DNA of 64,000 nucleotides from Paecilomyces variotii (Eukaryota): NCBI GenBank assembly GCA_004022145.1, contig RCNU01000003.1; one strand, 5' to 3'. Shown piece by piece: positions 63,819 to 64,000 of this stretch (position 1 is its first letter; each line of letters starts with the position of its first letter). The notes under the pieces were generated by a model. It saw only the letters and a program-made list of their open reading frames with translations, ran no database searches and was not told where the DNA came from. The position numbers and the translations under genes were made by a program.

Positions 63819-64000
63819 ATGAAAGCCTTCTGGATGCTGGGCCTCGGTTCAGCTGCGCCCACAGTAGCATTCGATGTGCTTCAACATCTCGGCGGAAATT
63901 CTCCCTGGTTTGCTAGTACGAACCGCTTCTATAGTCCTACCGCTTGTTCTAGCTGAATGTTGACCTCCCAGGTCCCAATGTCAATAACATATCCCCGCAG
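63819..64000 (+). CDS. Probable secreted histidine acid phosphatase/phytase, 5' part (runs off the window)
   Basis: Signal peptide followed by FDVLQHLGGNSPWF, intron 63916-63971, then SPNVNNISPQ. The catalytic RHG motif would lie outside the window. Confidence 0.6.

Overview
Intron-containing fungal genomic DNA from a filamentous ascomycete. Gene content suggests Eurotiales, but the species cannot be determined. The left half (about 1.8-31.9 kb) is a secondary-metabolite locus: SAM methyltransferase, SDR, secreted BBE-like FAD oxidoreductase, MFS sugar porter, LovC-type trans-enoyl reductase, a ~3,960-codon hybrid PKS-NRPS (KS-AT-DH-degenerate MT-ER0-KR-ACP-C-A-T-R) and a Zn2Cys6 regulator. 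The PKS-NRPS carries an in-frame TGA inside the KS domain. At the extreme left edge, absent from the ORF track because it runs off the window, is a minus-strand secreted precursor with an exactly repeated Cys-containing segment (GDDLAWCTPYCIPG, 30-aa period). It is a candidate repeat-peptide/RiPP or pheromone-like system. The right half holds mostly conserved genes: vWA protein, CBM48-like protein, APC4, importin beta-1, SLT/lysozyme-like secreted protein, GH67 alpha-glucuronidase, GPI-anchored Ser/Ala-rich protein, M50B-like peptidase and the start of a histidine phosphatase. It also has a decaying accessory patch at 54-57.6 kb. All calls come from manual reading and motif recognition; no database searches were run.
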